Program-made: the position numbers and the translations under genes | Notes under the pieces: generated by a model | Databases searched by the model: none | What the model saw: only the letters and a program-made list of their open reading frames with translations | What the model was told of the DNA's origin: nothing | Shown here: positions 30,680-43,945 of the stretch, in pieces | How positions within the stretch are numbered: the first letter of the stretch is position 1 | Layout of the letters: each line of letters opens with the position of its first letter | Assembly: GCA_044892525.1 (NCBI GenBank) | Contig: CM097887.1 | Coordinates: 50,778,001-50,842,000, forward strand | Length of the DNA: 64,000 bases | Origin: Schmidtea polychroa | Lineage: Eukaryota | Reading direction: 5' to 3'

Positions 30680-33503
30680 GTTGTCAGGGATTTTGATCTC
30701 GTTTTAAAGTTTTTAGGTATATTTACATCGATAGAAATCTGAGACGGTAATAGGAAACTAGAGAATAACGATATAATAAGGAAGTGGACTAGATCCGAGG
30801 CGCTTCTTAAGTACATTCCCCGTTCTCTTCTCGTAAATGATTGTATGAGTAAATTTGAATGTTTGTAGTAGAATGTCAGTGAATGGGGATGGATGATGAG
30901 ATCTGTGGATTGTCATTGAGTGAGGTGATAGATCAGATGGCCAGCTTGTGTCCTAAAATCGACTATATCATTCTAAAATAAATGTCCTGACTCGATATAA
31001 AACTGATTGATTTTCTAGAATGACGACATCTTCCAGCAACACTAAGGAACTTCGCCCGTGCTTCTCGTGTGCGGATAAAAATGCCGACATAGCACAACTT
31101 CACCTATACATCGGGGCATTGAAGAAGAGAATCGATCTCTATGAAGGTACGTGGTTCTCCCCGCCACAAATGAAGGAGGAGCGTAGTAAGATCCTGCGAC
31201 TAGAACACTGTAGAGATAGCCTCCTGGAGGAGAGCCGAAATCAACGATTGACTATTAAAGCCCAGTCCGAAGCCCTCCACAAGGTTTACACGGAGGCCGA
31301 ACTGGCCAAGCGGGTACGGGAATTCCCCGTCTTGGAGAACACAAATGTCTTCCCACTTCATCATCAAATATCTCAATCGACTACCACAACCTGCCAAGGG
31401 CATGGTTCATATCTACCACCCGTCCCTGCTCCAACTTTATCTGGTTATCAACCTTTGGTAGGTGGACCTACTGATCCCATCTTAGCTTCAATCCTAGTGG
31501 CTCCCGTCGTCACCTCGAACACGAACAACCCTCCGCCCTCTCGCAAACGGAAACGGCCAACCCGGGCCGAGAAAAATCAGAAACGCCGAGATGCAATGGC
31601 TGCACTCGAAGCGTCGCTATCTGCAGCCAAATCCACCATAAAAGAAATATCGTCTAGCCACTCAATTCCCGCGAAGGAAATCTTTCGCATAATTCCGGCA
31701 GAAGGCATTAAGTATATTTCCAACCAACGATTGCCGGTTGACATCGACGAGATGCTGGCAGAAGGAGAAGCATTCTCGTAGCAAATTTCTGTTCGGGTCT
31801 CGATTCCCTACTATTACGAATAAACTTGGAAAATTGACATTATCTTGTGCCTAATCTTTAATGTTTTTATATTTATTTACGTAATGTTGCATGTATTTTT
31901 GATGTTCCGCTATAATACAACTGTTCTATTTTCTTTGATTGTGCTAATTGTATGTATGAGTTGCTATGGTTGGATTGCGGAAGAGCAGGATCCTGAAGAT
32001 ATAGCAGAAGCTTAAATGTCGTCCCCTTGGACCAGGGTCGGACCGAATTGTGTGGAAAGAGCCGGGTAAGACCTTCTAAGGCGCCGTAGAACCCGAACCG
32101 AGAAAGGGTTAGGAGTAGTCCTAACGCAGGGGCTCACCTGCTAACTTTTTCCAACCCGTGTGAGCAGTACCAACGTGGAACATCACCACGGGCTCATACG
32201 TGGGAATATGTGAATGATCATCTGGAGTGTGTGCTGGAATGGTCTGAGCGGAATCATGATGCTTGAAGTGTATGATAATTATGCCTGTATATTTTCTTTT
32301 CCCCACATACGCCAACAAAATTATGAATACCAAAAACTTCATTTAGCTTTTGAAGGATGACTGTAAATAATATCGATTCGAAATTATAAAATATTTATGC
32401 ATGTTAATTTATATGACTGGGCATTAAGTAATGTATGTCTGAATGTCAAAAGTAGGGTATTGTATTATGTATGCATGTATGTATCTTGCTCAAGATACTT
32501 ACAATATAATTACTAGCTGTTGAAAGAAAATCAGTTTTAGTTGATAAAAAATCTTATGTCTTTAGGCTTTCCAAATTTATGGAGAAAGGCTCTAAAAAGT
32601 CCAAATAGAAAGTCATTATTTTGTTGGGCATTTTGTGCAAGTCGGTATTACTGTCTGACTCCTTTGTGTTCTTTTTGAAATAAAATAAACAACCCAACAC
32701 AAAATTCTTTATTTGAAACTAATACAGTTACATTTTGGTTATACTTTTTATTAATTCAACCATACTTGATACAACCTTTTTTTTGGTCTGCACTTTTCAA
32801 TACAACTACAAATCTTACGCAGGGATAAATCTTCCAACGAGAGATGCCCCTTTCTGGTACGTCCGATTTAAATTATTCAATTGATACTAACTTCAAAGTT
32901 TTCTTTGTTACTCTCACTAAACTTCTCGTTTCTTTTTCTTCGACCAACTGGCAATTCTGTTTTCTTGCCAGTCGCTTTTATACCCATTTTGTAATTTATT
33001 TTACTTTGTCGAATTAGTCTAGATCCCAGGCTTCCTCTTGTAGCTCTAATTCGCATTGAGGAATTTGCCCGTCTCCTTTGACGACTCGCTCCAATTTAAT
33101 TTTAGTGGGCTAATTTAATTGCCTTTCCAAATTTGATTGATAATTGAGGTTCTCTCAAATCGCTCGGGTTTTCCATTGTCTAAGGTTTCCCATTAGCTCG
33201 GGTTCGCCATTAGTTCGGGTTTCTCATTAGTTCGGGTTCTCCATTATTTAATTAATTTTTAATTAATTTTTGTTTTTTGTGATTTAATCCTTCTAGGGAC
33301 CCCTCCATTGATTTTATTTTATTGCAATTGAACTCGTCTCATTATTTGGCATCCTCCATTACCATTTCCCCCCGGAAAATATTCATTTTTAATTTTTGAT
33401 TTTTTTCAATTAATATTTTGTACTTTTAATTTTTATTGTGAATTTGGTGTTTTTATTGATTTTTCACCTCATTTTTTTGTACCTCTCTTGTTGAACCCCA
33501 ACA
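30680..33503 (-). mobile_element. Fragment of a related LTR element in minus orientation (terminal region, no gag/pol seen)
   Basis: Minus strand starts TGTTGGGG at 33503 followed by A-rich sequence like the main LTR; ~19-bp repeats at 33161-33246 are shared with 46697-46750. Left boundary uncertain. Confidence 0.5.
31020..31781 (+). CDS. Hypothetical protein (253 aa): CxxC, coiled coil, Pro-rich linker, NLS-like PSRKRKR, acidic C-terminal motif
   Basis: Intact ATG ORF preceded by a TTTTCTAG acceptor-like site; higher GC than the flanks; antisense to the LTR-like segment. Confidence 0.65.
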   Translation: MTTSSSNTKELRPCFSCADKNADIAQLHLYIGALKKRIDLYEGTWFSPPQMKEERSKILRLEHCRDSLLEESRNQRLTIKAQSEALHKVYTEAELAKRVREFPVLENTNVFPLHHQISQSTTTTCQGHGSYLPPVPAPTLSGYQPLVGGPTDPILASILVAPVVTSNTNNPPPSRKRKRPTRAEKNQKRRDAMAALEASLSAAKSTIKEISSSHSIPAKEIFRIIPAEGIKYISNQRLPVDIDEMLAEGEAFS

Positions 33504-33558
33504 ATTTTATGAATATAACACATTTTCGAAATCGTTCGAGCATAGTATAAAAACTATT

Positions 33559-33830
33559 TTATCTTGTTTTCAGATCAATCAGCAATTGCATTTCTTTTCC
33601 AAATTCTTCTTTGGTATATTTTTGAAGAATATTGTCGTTCTTTGTAGGCGATTTCCGAAACAGCTTGACCAAAGTTCTTACTTTCTGGATAAGGGAATCC
33701 AGATTATCTGCCAGTTGTGGTTCACAATGCAATCTTGAGAATGGATGTGATATGTTTATGGAGAGAACTTGTTGATCCACCTGTTGTCTTCAATTGTTTC
33801 TGACAACGTTTACATTTCGCGAACTCACCA
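33559..33830 (-). pseudogene. hAT transposase fragment
   Basis: LIQKVRTLVKLFRKSPTKNDNILQKYTKEEFGKEMQLLIDLKTR resembles IKKIRKVVKLFRRSPMKNDKA*QKHVKEQFGKELNLILDSKTRW of the hAT at 35347-39758. Confidence 0.75.
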
Positions 33831-36032
33831 GAAGTGTTGTCACGCAAGAAATGCTCCCATACTGGATTTTTTTTCAATTAACCGCTGTGTGCATTCTATA
33901 AATTTGATTTTAGCGGTCATATCTAGATGGGATTATCTAAAAATTTAGAATAGATTTAAAAGCGGATTTCTCGAAAACTGGGTTACGAGATCAAATTATT
34001 GCATCTCTAGCTGGTATGTAGGTATTTTAATGCTTGGATTTTGATTATATAGGTGTGAGACATGCAGACAAACATGATTTTGGTTTGAGTATAAATCATG
34101 TTCTCAATTTCAATCATGTCAGGCAATTGAGATTCACGCAAACTCGAAACAATGCCAGAAAGTGATCTTTTATTCAATCATTTTCCTATGAATTTACAAA
34201 TGATGTGTTACGAAAAATATCTGTTTTTTAAAGTGGGTTTCGATCTATAAAAATTTTAGAACTGCTTCAGTAGTCTTTTTTGTGATGAATAAAGTATGAA
34301 GCAAAACAACACTCTTTGAATGAGATAAAAGAATGACATTGGTAAACAATAGGCATTGAATTACCATCGAGATCACTTAAAATATTTCAAAATTAAATTA
34401 TTTGCAAAATTATCAAGTGATAAAATATGTTTGCATACTAGATCCCCGTTTTCAATTCATTTATATCTATGAAATCACAGGTTTATAAATTGAATTCTTC
34501 AACTCTTTAAAGCCTTTTTGTTAGTGTTTTGACCTCCAGAAACTTTTTAAATTATTTTTTCCTCAATTTGACATCCATATATTGCTAACAATTTATATAT
34601 ACAATCTCCACAGTGCATCATCAAAGACTGGAGGAACTGAAATAATCAATAGGCTTCATTGTAAATTCAAAAAGTTAATGATTTTATCGGAGAATTGTTC
34701 CAATGATACGATAAGTCTTCAAAAGTGGATGCTCTCATAGATTAACTCATTACAACTAGTTATAAATGGTGAATCTAGAAGGGCTTTTTTGCATTTTATT
34801 TTAAGAAATGTGGTGTGTTCAATAGGTACCTTACATAATATAGAATAAAAATTATAACATAATTAGTTTTAATATTAGTATACTGTCATTTTTATCGCAA
34901 TAAGACCAAAGTTATTAAAAATTATCAGTTATGATTTCACGGATTGAATATATGATTCTTTAAAAAAATCCCTTGATTTTCAAAAGAAAACCAACTGTGA
35001 TATAATTACGAGTTGTTGCAATGTACAAAGTTCTTGTAAAATATTCTCAGAGAATATAATTTCACTTAGCACGTATATTTTTGTTCAAAGTGGAAATCAG
35101 AAAAAAATCAGGAACCATTAAAAAAGAGAGCGTCCATTGGTATCTCTTTTGACATTTAAAGAATTTAAAAGATTATTCACAAGATTAACCTGTCGCATTG
35201 GAGTTCTTTGAAGGAATGCATCCAGAATTTCTTCTTTCTACAACTCATACAGTGCTATCTATATGGAGCAACAGGGGTTATACATAGAAACATAATTTAT
35301 ACTTCAGTAAAGCAAAAAAATTTTTGTCTAGGTTATTATTTGGCACTAGGGCTTGCAATACCGGGATCCCGGTATTACCGACATTTTTAATACCGTTCAA
35401 TACCGGTATTAATGACCACTTAATACCGGTATCCGGTATTAAATTTTTTTGCTGTAAGTTAACATTCATATCATTTTTATTTAACTATTTTATTTTTTAT
35501 AAGTAATTAGCATATGTTTAGGTGTTGTCATGTTTAAAGATTAAATCTAATTTTGAAATTTACGTACAGGTGGCCCTACTGAAGTAATTTGTCTTTTTTT
35601 ACATTAAGAAAGAGCCTTTTTGTACGTTAATTTTTCTAATACTAAAAAATACTAAAAAAGACACAAATTCACATAGCAAGCCGTTTCTATGGGAAATCAT
35701 TGTTTTCTATTTTTCCAAATTTTCAATATTGAAGCTATGTTTTTTATTTTATAAAGAATAGTTAGTTAGTTCAGTTATAAAGTTTTTGAAAATTTAGAGA
35801 ATTGTGTTTGTGTATAATATAAAAGTTAAAAAATATTTAAAATCATAATTTATAATTAATAATCATTAATTCATTTGATAAATAGCAGATAGGTAAAGGT
35901 AAGTTAAAAGTGTGAAAATTAATTATTGTATAAGTAAAATTTTTATTTTCTATATATTTATATAGATAGCGGCGCTATCATAGCGCACTGCTGCGGGTTT
36001 TTTAAAAATTAAAAATAATAAAGAATAATAAA

Positions 36033-36916
36033 GAATAGCAAGATTTCTGCCGTTTTAATAAGTGGGTACAAATATTCAAAAAATTCTGTAATTTACTTAA
36101 AGTTAAAACGCTGTTTTTTTAGCCATGGAAAACTATGTTTTTGAGGAAAAATCAGCTGATGAAAATTCCGTATGGTTCTATTTTCTTCGTGAGAAAAAGG
36201 GACAAATTTCAAAATGTAAGAAGTGTAACAAAGTAATAAAGACGCAAGGACGTAGTACAAGTGGTTTGCATACCCACCTAAAGACACTCCACCAAATTAA
36301 TTTAAAAAAAAGGAATGCTCCGAGCTCCAACCTTCTGATTGAAATTGAGCCAGAAACATCAACTTCTAAAGTGAACAAAGTTTCTAGCGGGAAAATAACA
36401 ACATTTTTCTTATCGGAAACGGACAATTCTTTGTCTGCAGTTTTAGCTCGTATGACGGCATCTGACGGTTTGTCGAATAGCAAGATTTCTGCCGTTTTAA
36501 TAAGTGGGTACAAATATTCAAAAAATTCTGTAATTTACTTAAAGTTAAAACGCTGTTTTTTTAGCCATGGAAAACTATGTTTTTGAGGAAAAATCAGCTG
36601 ATGAAAATTCCGTATGGTTCTATTTTCTTCGTGAAAAAAAGGGACAAATTTCAAAATGTAAGAAGTGTAACAAAGTAATAAAGACGCAAGGACGTAGTAC
36701 AAGTGGTTTGCATACCCACCTAAAGACACTCCACCAAATTAATTTAAAAAAAAGGAATGCTCCGAGCTCCAACCTTCTGATTGAAATTGAGCCAGAAACA
36801 TCAACTTCTAAAGTGAACAAAGTTTCTAGCGGGAAAATAACAACATTTTTCTTATCGGAAACGGACAATTCTTTGTCTGCAGTTTTAGCTCGTATGACGG
36901 CATCTGACGGTTTGTC
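36033..36916 (+). repeat. 442-bp tandem duplication (36033-36474 / 36475-36916) covering the transposase start and BED finger
   Basis: ORFs at 36125 and 36567 begin identically; at least one nucleotide difference seen (GTGAGAAAAAGG vs GTGAAAAAAAGG). Confidence 0.95.
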
Positions 36917-39465
36917 GTTTAACATATTTTGCACTTCCGTGGATATCAGAAAAAATTTAACTGCCAGAGGGTATGAAAATATACCAAAATCTATAAACTC
37001 TATAAAAAATTTAGTTGTGCAGTACAGTGAAAAAATTCGTGCAAATATGATTAAAGAGTTAGAATCTCAAATTCTTTCGGGACAACGATTTAGTCTTACA
37101 TTTGATGAATAGACATCGGTAAAAAACCGACGTTATTTAAATATAAATGTTCATGCTGGCATCAAGAAATTCTGGAACCTAGGATTAGTTCGCATGCAAG
37201 GATCATTGCCTGCAGAAAAGTGTGTTGCCCTCGTTGAAGAAAGGCTTAAATTATTCCAAGTTTCTTTACACCAAACACCACTGAGATGCATTTCCTATAA
37301 TATAACAAAAAAATCAATAATCTTACATTATAGAAACATACATACTTACTTTGATTTCACGTTGATGTTCTCATTTATAGCTCAATGAGATACATCTTAT
37401 ATTATAGAAATCTGAAAAGTGGAAGGAAAATTAAAAAATGCACACAAGCACAACACATAATAAAAAATACATACAAACTTTTGATTCGTAAAATTGTAAC
37501 GATGAGATACGTTTCTATAATAATTCTATTTTAGACAATTTTTAGAAAAAAAAGATCGTTGAAAATTTTTTAAATTATATTTTTAATGAAAATATCAAGA
37601 GCAGATGAATTTGGTTCAAAATATTTTTACTCCAGATTTGATTTCCTTTAAGAATCCCCTCATATTGAGCTCAGAGAAAAAACTACAAAAATTAAAAAAA
37701 TTATTCTAATCAGCGATTTTTCCCAAAATGTTTTAAAAAAATACATTGATTGATTTATTTAATTAATTAATTATAATTAAAAATATATCGGACTCACATT
37801 TTTTCGAAATAATTCCAAAATACTTTAATAAAAGACATAAAATTCCTAAAAAAGCCTGAAAATTAATTAAAAATAATTTATAATGTTGATTAAAAGTAAT
37901 ATTTAAGAACTTGAATAATGATCTCATATCCATATGGATCAAAATTCAAATCTTAAAATTTACTTTAAATAAAAAAAATTACTTGTAAGCCATTTGTAAA
38001 ATTGCTAAAATAAATTTCCAAAAAACATAATTGATTTTAAAAACATTGATTAAAAAAACATAATTCAGTACATGATAAATTGTTGCTTGATTTGCTGATG
38101 ATGATGATAAATAAATCGGTGAGTGATTTTACACGCCAACCACCACTATAGAGAACGTATCTCAGTGGTGTTTGGTGTAAATAAACACATTGTGTGCATT
38201 ACAACCGATGGTGCATCTGTCATGGAAAGTTGATTTGTGCAAGGAAACAACTTTGCTTAGTTCACGGAATTCAATTGGCTGTCATTAAGGTTTTATATAT
38301 AAATATGATACACCAAAATTTAGAAAATGAACATTCTAATTGTAACGAAGATGATAACCAGTATACAAGTGATGAAAATGATAGTGATCTTGATGATAAT
38401 AGTTTATCCATACTTCAAGAAAACAATGCAATTGACTGTTTAATTATTCATGAACAAATAGGTTCAGTGATTAAAAAAATAAGAAAGGTTGTGAAGCTAT
38501 TCAGACGTTCGCCAATGAAAAATGATAAAGCTTGACAGAAACATGTTAAAGAACAATTTGGAAAGGAACTGAATTTAATTCTAGATTCTAAAACACGCTG
38601 GAATAGCTTACTTGCCATGCTAGAACGCTTTGTCCAGTTAAAGAACTGCATACAAAAGGCTTTGATTGATTTAAATTTAAATGCCGAAATATCATTTTCG
38701 GAAATTGATTTTTCTTTAGCATCATCAGTTATTTCAGTTCTTCTTCCAATCAAATTAACTGTTGAAGCTTGTTGTCGTCAAGATGCTACTCTTCTTAGCG
38801 CAGATGCAGCTTTACTATTTATGTTTAATCAATTGACAGAACAGAATACTGCTTTAAGTAATGAATTCAAAGAAGAGCTAATTATTCGTATAAAACAAAG
38901 GCGTACTGATTTATCGAGTCTACTACAATACCTGCACAATCCTACTGAATCAGCAGATGACGACCAAAATGAAATTTTTAATCGAATTAACAACGCAACA
39001 ATTATAAAAATAATTATAAATTTATTGGAACGCTTATATACTATCGATGTCATCGATATTGAAAACATAGGAGCCTCTTCCATCGACGTTTCTGAGTTAT
39101 CTGCTGATTCTGAGCCAGAAATTCTAAGTTCGATGACAATGAAAGAAAAAATAGAAATGGCAATTTCCAAGAAAGTTAATGTGATGAATACTGCGAGTGG
39201 AATTTCAAAAACGATGAATTCTGAAGTACTTTATAAAGTTATAAAACAGGAACTAGCATACTTCGAAGTAGAACATATTAGAGGAAAATATCTTCAACTA
39301 GTATATGACTGCCTTATGTCCATACCACCAACTAGCGTCGAGTCCGAAAGAGCCTTTTCAGCAGCAGGGCTGTTGTGCACAAAAATTCTATCCAGCTTAA
39401 GCGACAAAACTCTTGATAGTTTAACATTTTTGATGGCATATTTTAAAGGCAAATCACAACAATAG
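36125..39465 (+). pseudogene. hAT transposase: duplicated BED finger, nonsense codons, MITE insertion
   Basis: BED VWFYF...KCKKC...STSGLHTHLKTLH; SLTFDE* (TAG 37110), CITTDGAS, LC..HGIQL, TRWNS, SVESERAFS. Confidence 0.92.
37269..38177. mobile_element. 909-bp non-autonomous TIR element (MITE) with TA target duplication, nested in the hAT transposase
   Basis: TIR CACCAAACACCACTGAGAT / ATCTCAGTGGTGTTTGGTG, flanked by TA on both sides; removing it restores FQVSL-NKHIVCITTDGAS. Confidence 0.92.
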
Positions 39466-40344
39466 AACATAGGACTTATTATTCTTATATATTATTAATT
39501 ATATTATTACTCTTTTTTTATTTTATATTTTTTTTGTCTTTTGTGGCACTTTAAAAAAAAAGTTTATTGTTTCGAATTATTCGTTATTGAATTAAATATT
39601 TTATTTTCTTTATAAATATTTTTTTCTATTTTTTGCGGTGTAGTTTTGCTTTTTTTGTTTTTTCTTAAATACCGGTATTAATATGGGAATCCCGGTATTA
39701 ATATAATGAAATACCGAAATACCGGTTTTGAAAATTTGATCCGGTATTGCAAGCCCTGTTTGGCACCAAAGAATAATTAGCAAGTTTGATGAACATTCAT
39801 TGCAGCATGTTATGTAACATTAATCGTTATATGTACTCAATAAATGTGTCAGGCACAAAACAAACAGAATTTAAAATTGATTTGAAGGAAATGGGTACAG
39901 AGATAATCTGAACCAAATTATTTCAGATGCTAAATTATATCAGTAACCCGAAGTAAAAGGTTTTGAAGGAAATTGCAGAATCATACATAGGGAGAACAGT
40001 AAATGAATCTATTGTAGCCAATATTAAAAACCCATCAAATTAGCAATGTAAGTTTATGAATCAGTGAAAGGTTAAAAAGACTTAAGTTATTAGTAGATAA
40101 ATGTTAACTGATCAGATATAGGTCAAGTCCTTCTAAAATAAATTAGACATTTAAATACTTGTGCCGATTAGAATTTCCAATGGTAAATACATACAGTCAA
40201 GCTGAAGTTAAAAATTGTACAGAAAATCGATAATTATAATATAATGAATCAACGAATCGCATAAATCTGGTACAAATACATCCAAATCAACAACATTTAC
40301 TATTAATATGAAAATAACATCTAGCATACAACATCATAAATTAT

Positions 40345-43300
40345 CTAGCGTTTCCTAATGGTTTTATCTGTCCAGTCGATTTTGTTTTCAAATTTCAGCA
40401 AATTGAGCCCATCTTCAAACATGTCTCGAGTGATCATGCGATCAGATTGATTTCTGAGTTCATCGAGAACTCTCTGGTAACTAAATGTCAGTGTCCTTCT
40501 TTCTTCCAATAGCGTATAAATGGCACGCGCTAATTCCTCATTTCTTTTCCTGATGCCTCCACTGACACCAGTTGTTAGGATATTTATGTCTATCAATCCT
40601 GTCAATGGATCTATAGCGGCTTGCTTCAATGCTTCTCTCTGTAGTCTTCGTGCTTCTAAACAATCGGTTACCGTTACCTGATTAGATAAACGCATTCTTG
40701 CATGAGCTTCAGCCAATCGAATTAAAGATTCCAATTGCCTAGGATAAGCCGATATCTGACCTTTGCCAGCATTTCCAACTTTTCTCATTTCTACATACTC
40801 TTCAGTTACATAATTTTCCGCCTCCTCAGACAATATTGGATGAATGTTTTCCTAAAAGCAGTTATTCCGTGAAATATTATGAATTTCAGCCTACCTTAGC
40901 ATAAGCAATGTAATCACGCAACATGGCAGTATCTACGGTACCGGGCTCGATCGCTTTATTAAGACCGCAATATAGACCTACAATGTGTCGTGCTAATTTG
41001 GCATCATAATGCTCATCTTGGGGATCAAGGATGAGGAAAATCAAGTCAAAACGAGACAGCAACGTTGGAGGAAGCTAGAAATTAGCATTAAATGAATTGA
41101 AATATAATCATTTTGTAGATTGTTATGATGCGTTCTGTTATAGCCTAATCTTATTTTGATGTTCCACCTCATGCATTTTGGTCGAAAAAAAGGGTTAGCT
41201 GATGGATTCAAATTTCCTATCAGAACCTGACAATGCAAATGTACCAAGGGACTCTGTACAAAGCAGCACTCCGAAGTATATTTTTTACTATCTATTTTTA
41301 CTTATATCCAATAATGCATACTTTAATAAAATATCCTTTTTTAATTAATAGTGCAAATTGTGAATATATTGATTTCACAAGTTGTAATTTAATTATAAGC
41401 TAATTCTCAATTAAAAATTCCTAAAAAACAATAAAATTTACATAAACAATTAGTTGATGAGTTTATTTTTAATTAAAAGATTTATAATTATAATTAATTA
41501 TTTATAGATTAGTATGAAAACATTCACAGGTGTTATAAGGTTCCTTTAAGACTTAAGGCAATTGGGCCCCGCACTTGAAGGCCCCGTGCCGAAGACCGTG
41601 TATTCCCGTGAAAAAAAATTGTCGAAGACTGTATTTATCCTATTTCGTTTTTATTTAAGCGACGAATGCCGGACACTTCCGTTTTATGTGTCAGGTATGT
41701 TTATTTGTGTTTATAGGTAAGTTTTCAAACGTGTTATCTGGGCTACAGTAGTTCTTATTTAATAGTGGGCACACGAACCGTACGATTCCGAAAACCTCGA
41801 AAACTGTCCGTCTTAAAGACATATTTAATAGGAAAATAGCAAGTCGCAAAAAGGTTAACGAAAATTGCTTTTGACGATCAAGAATAAATTATTCAAATAA
41901 TTAAAAATATTTATTTTAAAAACCCATTTATGGATGAGATTTATTATTTTAAATATAGATACATACATACATACGTATACATACATACATACGAATAGAG
42001 ATGGAAAGGTGGAGATGCTAAATTTCTTTAATATGAGTATCGTTATCTAATTCTCTGTTAATTGGCACTAATATTGGAAAAGTAATTGTAAAATAGAAAT
42101 TGTTTTATTAAAATATTATATAATTCCTACCTGAATGTTTTCAATTATCGTTTTCTTATTGTCCCAGCAGCTACCGATGGGATTTGCAGCCGCTAATACA
42201 CTGGTTCTTGCATGCAATTGACAGATAATTCCCGCCTTTGCAATACTGAGCGATTGTTGTTCCATGACTTCGTGAAGCACTGAGCGGGTCGTATCGGTCA
42301 TTTTGTCGAATTCATCTATGCAACAAATCCCATTGTCAGACAATGCTAGAGCTCCACTCTGCAACGTCGATGTCCCGGTTTCTGGATCCTTGGTAATGTA
42401 GGCAGTCAATCCGACTTTAGAGCTGCCCTTGCCCGAAGTGTATTGACCGCGTGGAGTCAGATTGTACACGTACTGCAATAATTGCGATTTTGATGTTCCC
42501 GGATCTCCGCACAGCAGTACGTGAATGTTCGATCGCATATTTTCCCCGGCGCCCAATTTTTTCGTTTCCTTAACCCGTCCACCAAATAGCATCATTAAAA
42601 GACCTTTTTTAATAGTTTCGTTGCCGTATATAGTAGGAGCAATTGCCCCACTCAGCCGCTCATATAAATCTGGCTTTTGGCTTAATGTTCTAATTTCTTC
42701 AACTCTTTCTTGTGATAATTTCGCTTCTTCTTCATCGATTAATCGATTCTTAGATTTCCTATTACAATAATTAGGATTATTAAATGGTTATAAATTTATT
42801 AACTGGAAATGCAAAACATCTAAATAAGTTTTGAAAACGGCCTTAATAACGCGTTGCTTAGAATTTTCACGTTGCGACGCAGCTCTATAAATTCCTGTCA
42901 CAGTGACTCTGTCACCAGGTTGTATTGTATCAACTAAGTCCTGATAACAGTAAAGAACAACAGTATGGGGAGTCTCTCCAGCTGGCATGTCTTCTGGCGA
43001 TTCCTATATCATTTGATTATTAATATTTATTTATATCCAATAAACTTCGTACTTGCAGTTTTACCATTTGTTTATCAATAAATTCACAGAAATTATGTAC
43101 GATTTGCTGAGTATGTTTAGCTTGGCAGTGGTTACAAAATTCAGGATCGATGATTCTACCTCGTTCACAAGGAACTTTAGTAACATTGTGGCAAACCGAG
43201 CATTGAAATTGAGCTTTTATCATTTCCGGAATAATTTCTGATAATCTGATAACCAAACCATTTACAGTTACTAACTGGTCAAGATCTTCTGGATTCAAAT

Positions 43301-43945
43301 TTCGTAAGTTTCTCGAAATTTCACAATTATAAGGTCTAGTTAGAATAGGTTCATGGAAATCTGCATGATTGCTTTTAAATAAACTGTCAGCAACGCAATC
43401 CATTGCTGGAATAACTTCTTTGGGATATATAATTAAATTGTTGCACAGGTTTCTATCATATTGAGCCAAATGAGAGCAATCTATGTTGAGCCATGCGCGC
43501 TGTAATAAAGACATTTCTTTCATTTTCTGAATATATAAAGGATCATCTGGATTGAATCGTATATCTGTAACAAAATTTTCATCTGGAATTTCTGTTTTAA
43601 ATTGAAGGAGAAAGTTTCGAAAGCTTTCCATTATATTTGTTATATTAATATTGGTTCCATAAATTAAGTTCTAAAAATGTGAACTAATAAATAAAAGTAT
43701 ATTTAAAGCTATACTTGAGGTAAATCATGGCTTATTCCCGATCTTTCCGTGGTACCATAATCATCATTAACTTCGGGTCGTACAGTTGTACTATTGACAT
43801 CAACACTTGATAAATCAGTGTAGCTTAAACTATCGCCGTCAATGTCTGACGAACGTAGACCTGCCTAAGTAAAATATTTCGTTTTTTAAGATTTAATATA
43901 TTAAATTACTATAAGAACATCACTAGCTTCATGAAGGTTGGACAT
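40345..43945 (-). CDS. MCM4: DNA replication licensing factor MCM4; exons 43945-43910, 43864-43715, 43670-43053, 43003-42804, 42758-42131, 41074-40895, 40851-40345
   Basis: [11 protein letters not shown]-terminus, zinc finger CSVC...[18 protein letters not shown], Walker [37 protein letters not shown]; GT-AG introns preserve the frame. The first two exons are less certain. Confidence 0.95.

Larger units (their letters stand above)
35347..39758 (+). mobile_element. hAT (hobo/Ac-like, BED-finger) DNA transposon
   Basis: TIR TAGGGCTTGCAATACCGG (35347-35364) / CCGGTATTGCAAGCCCTG (39741-39758); 8-bp TSD TTTGGCAC (35339-35346, 39759-39766); subterminal ATACCGG/CCGGTAT repeats. Confidence 0.95.

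Noticed and set aside
32121-32342. Secreted peptide ORF (MKFLVFIILLAYVG...)
   Set aside because: Only 73 aa with no homology evidence; may be spliced or chance, so not called.
41530-41900. Possible MITE in MCM4 intron 5 (GGGCCCC motifs)
   Set aside because: Could not identify paired TIRs or a TSD.
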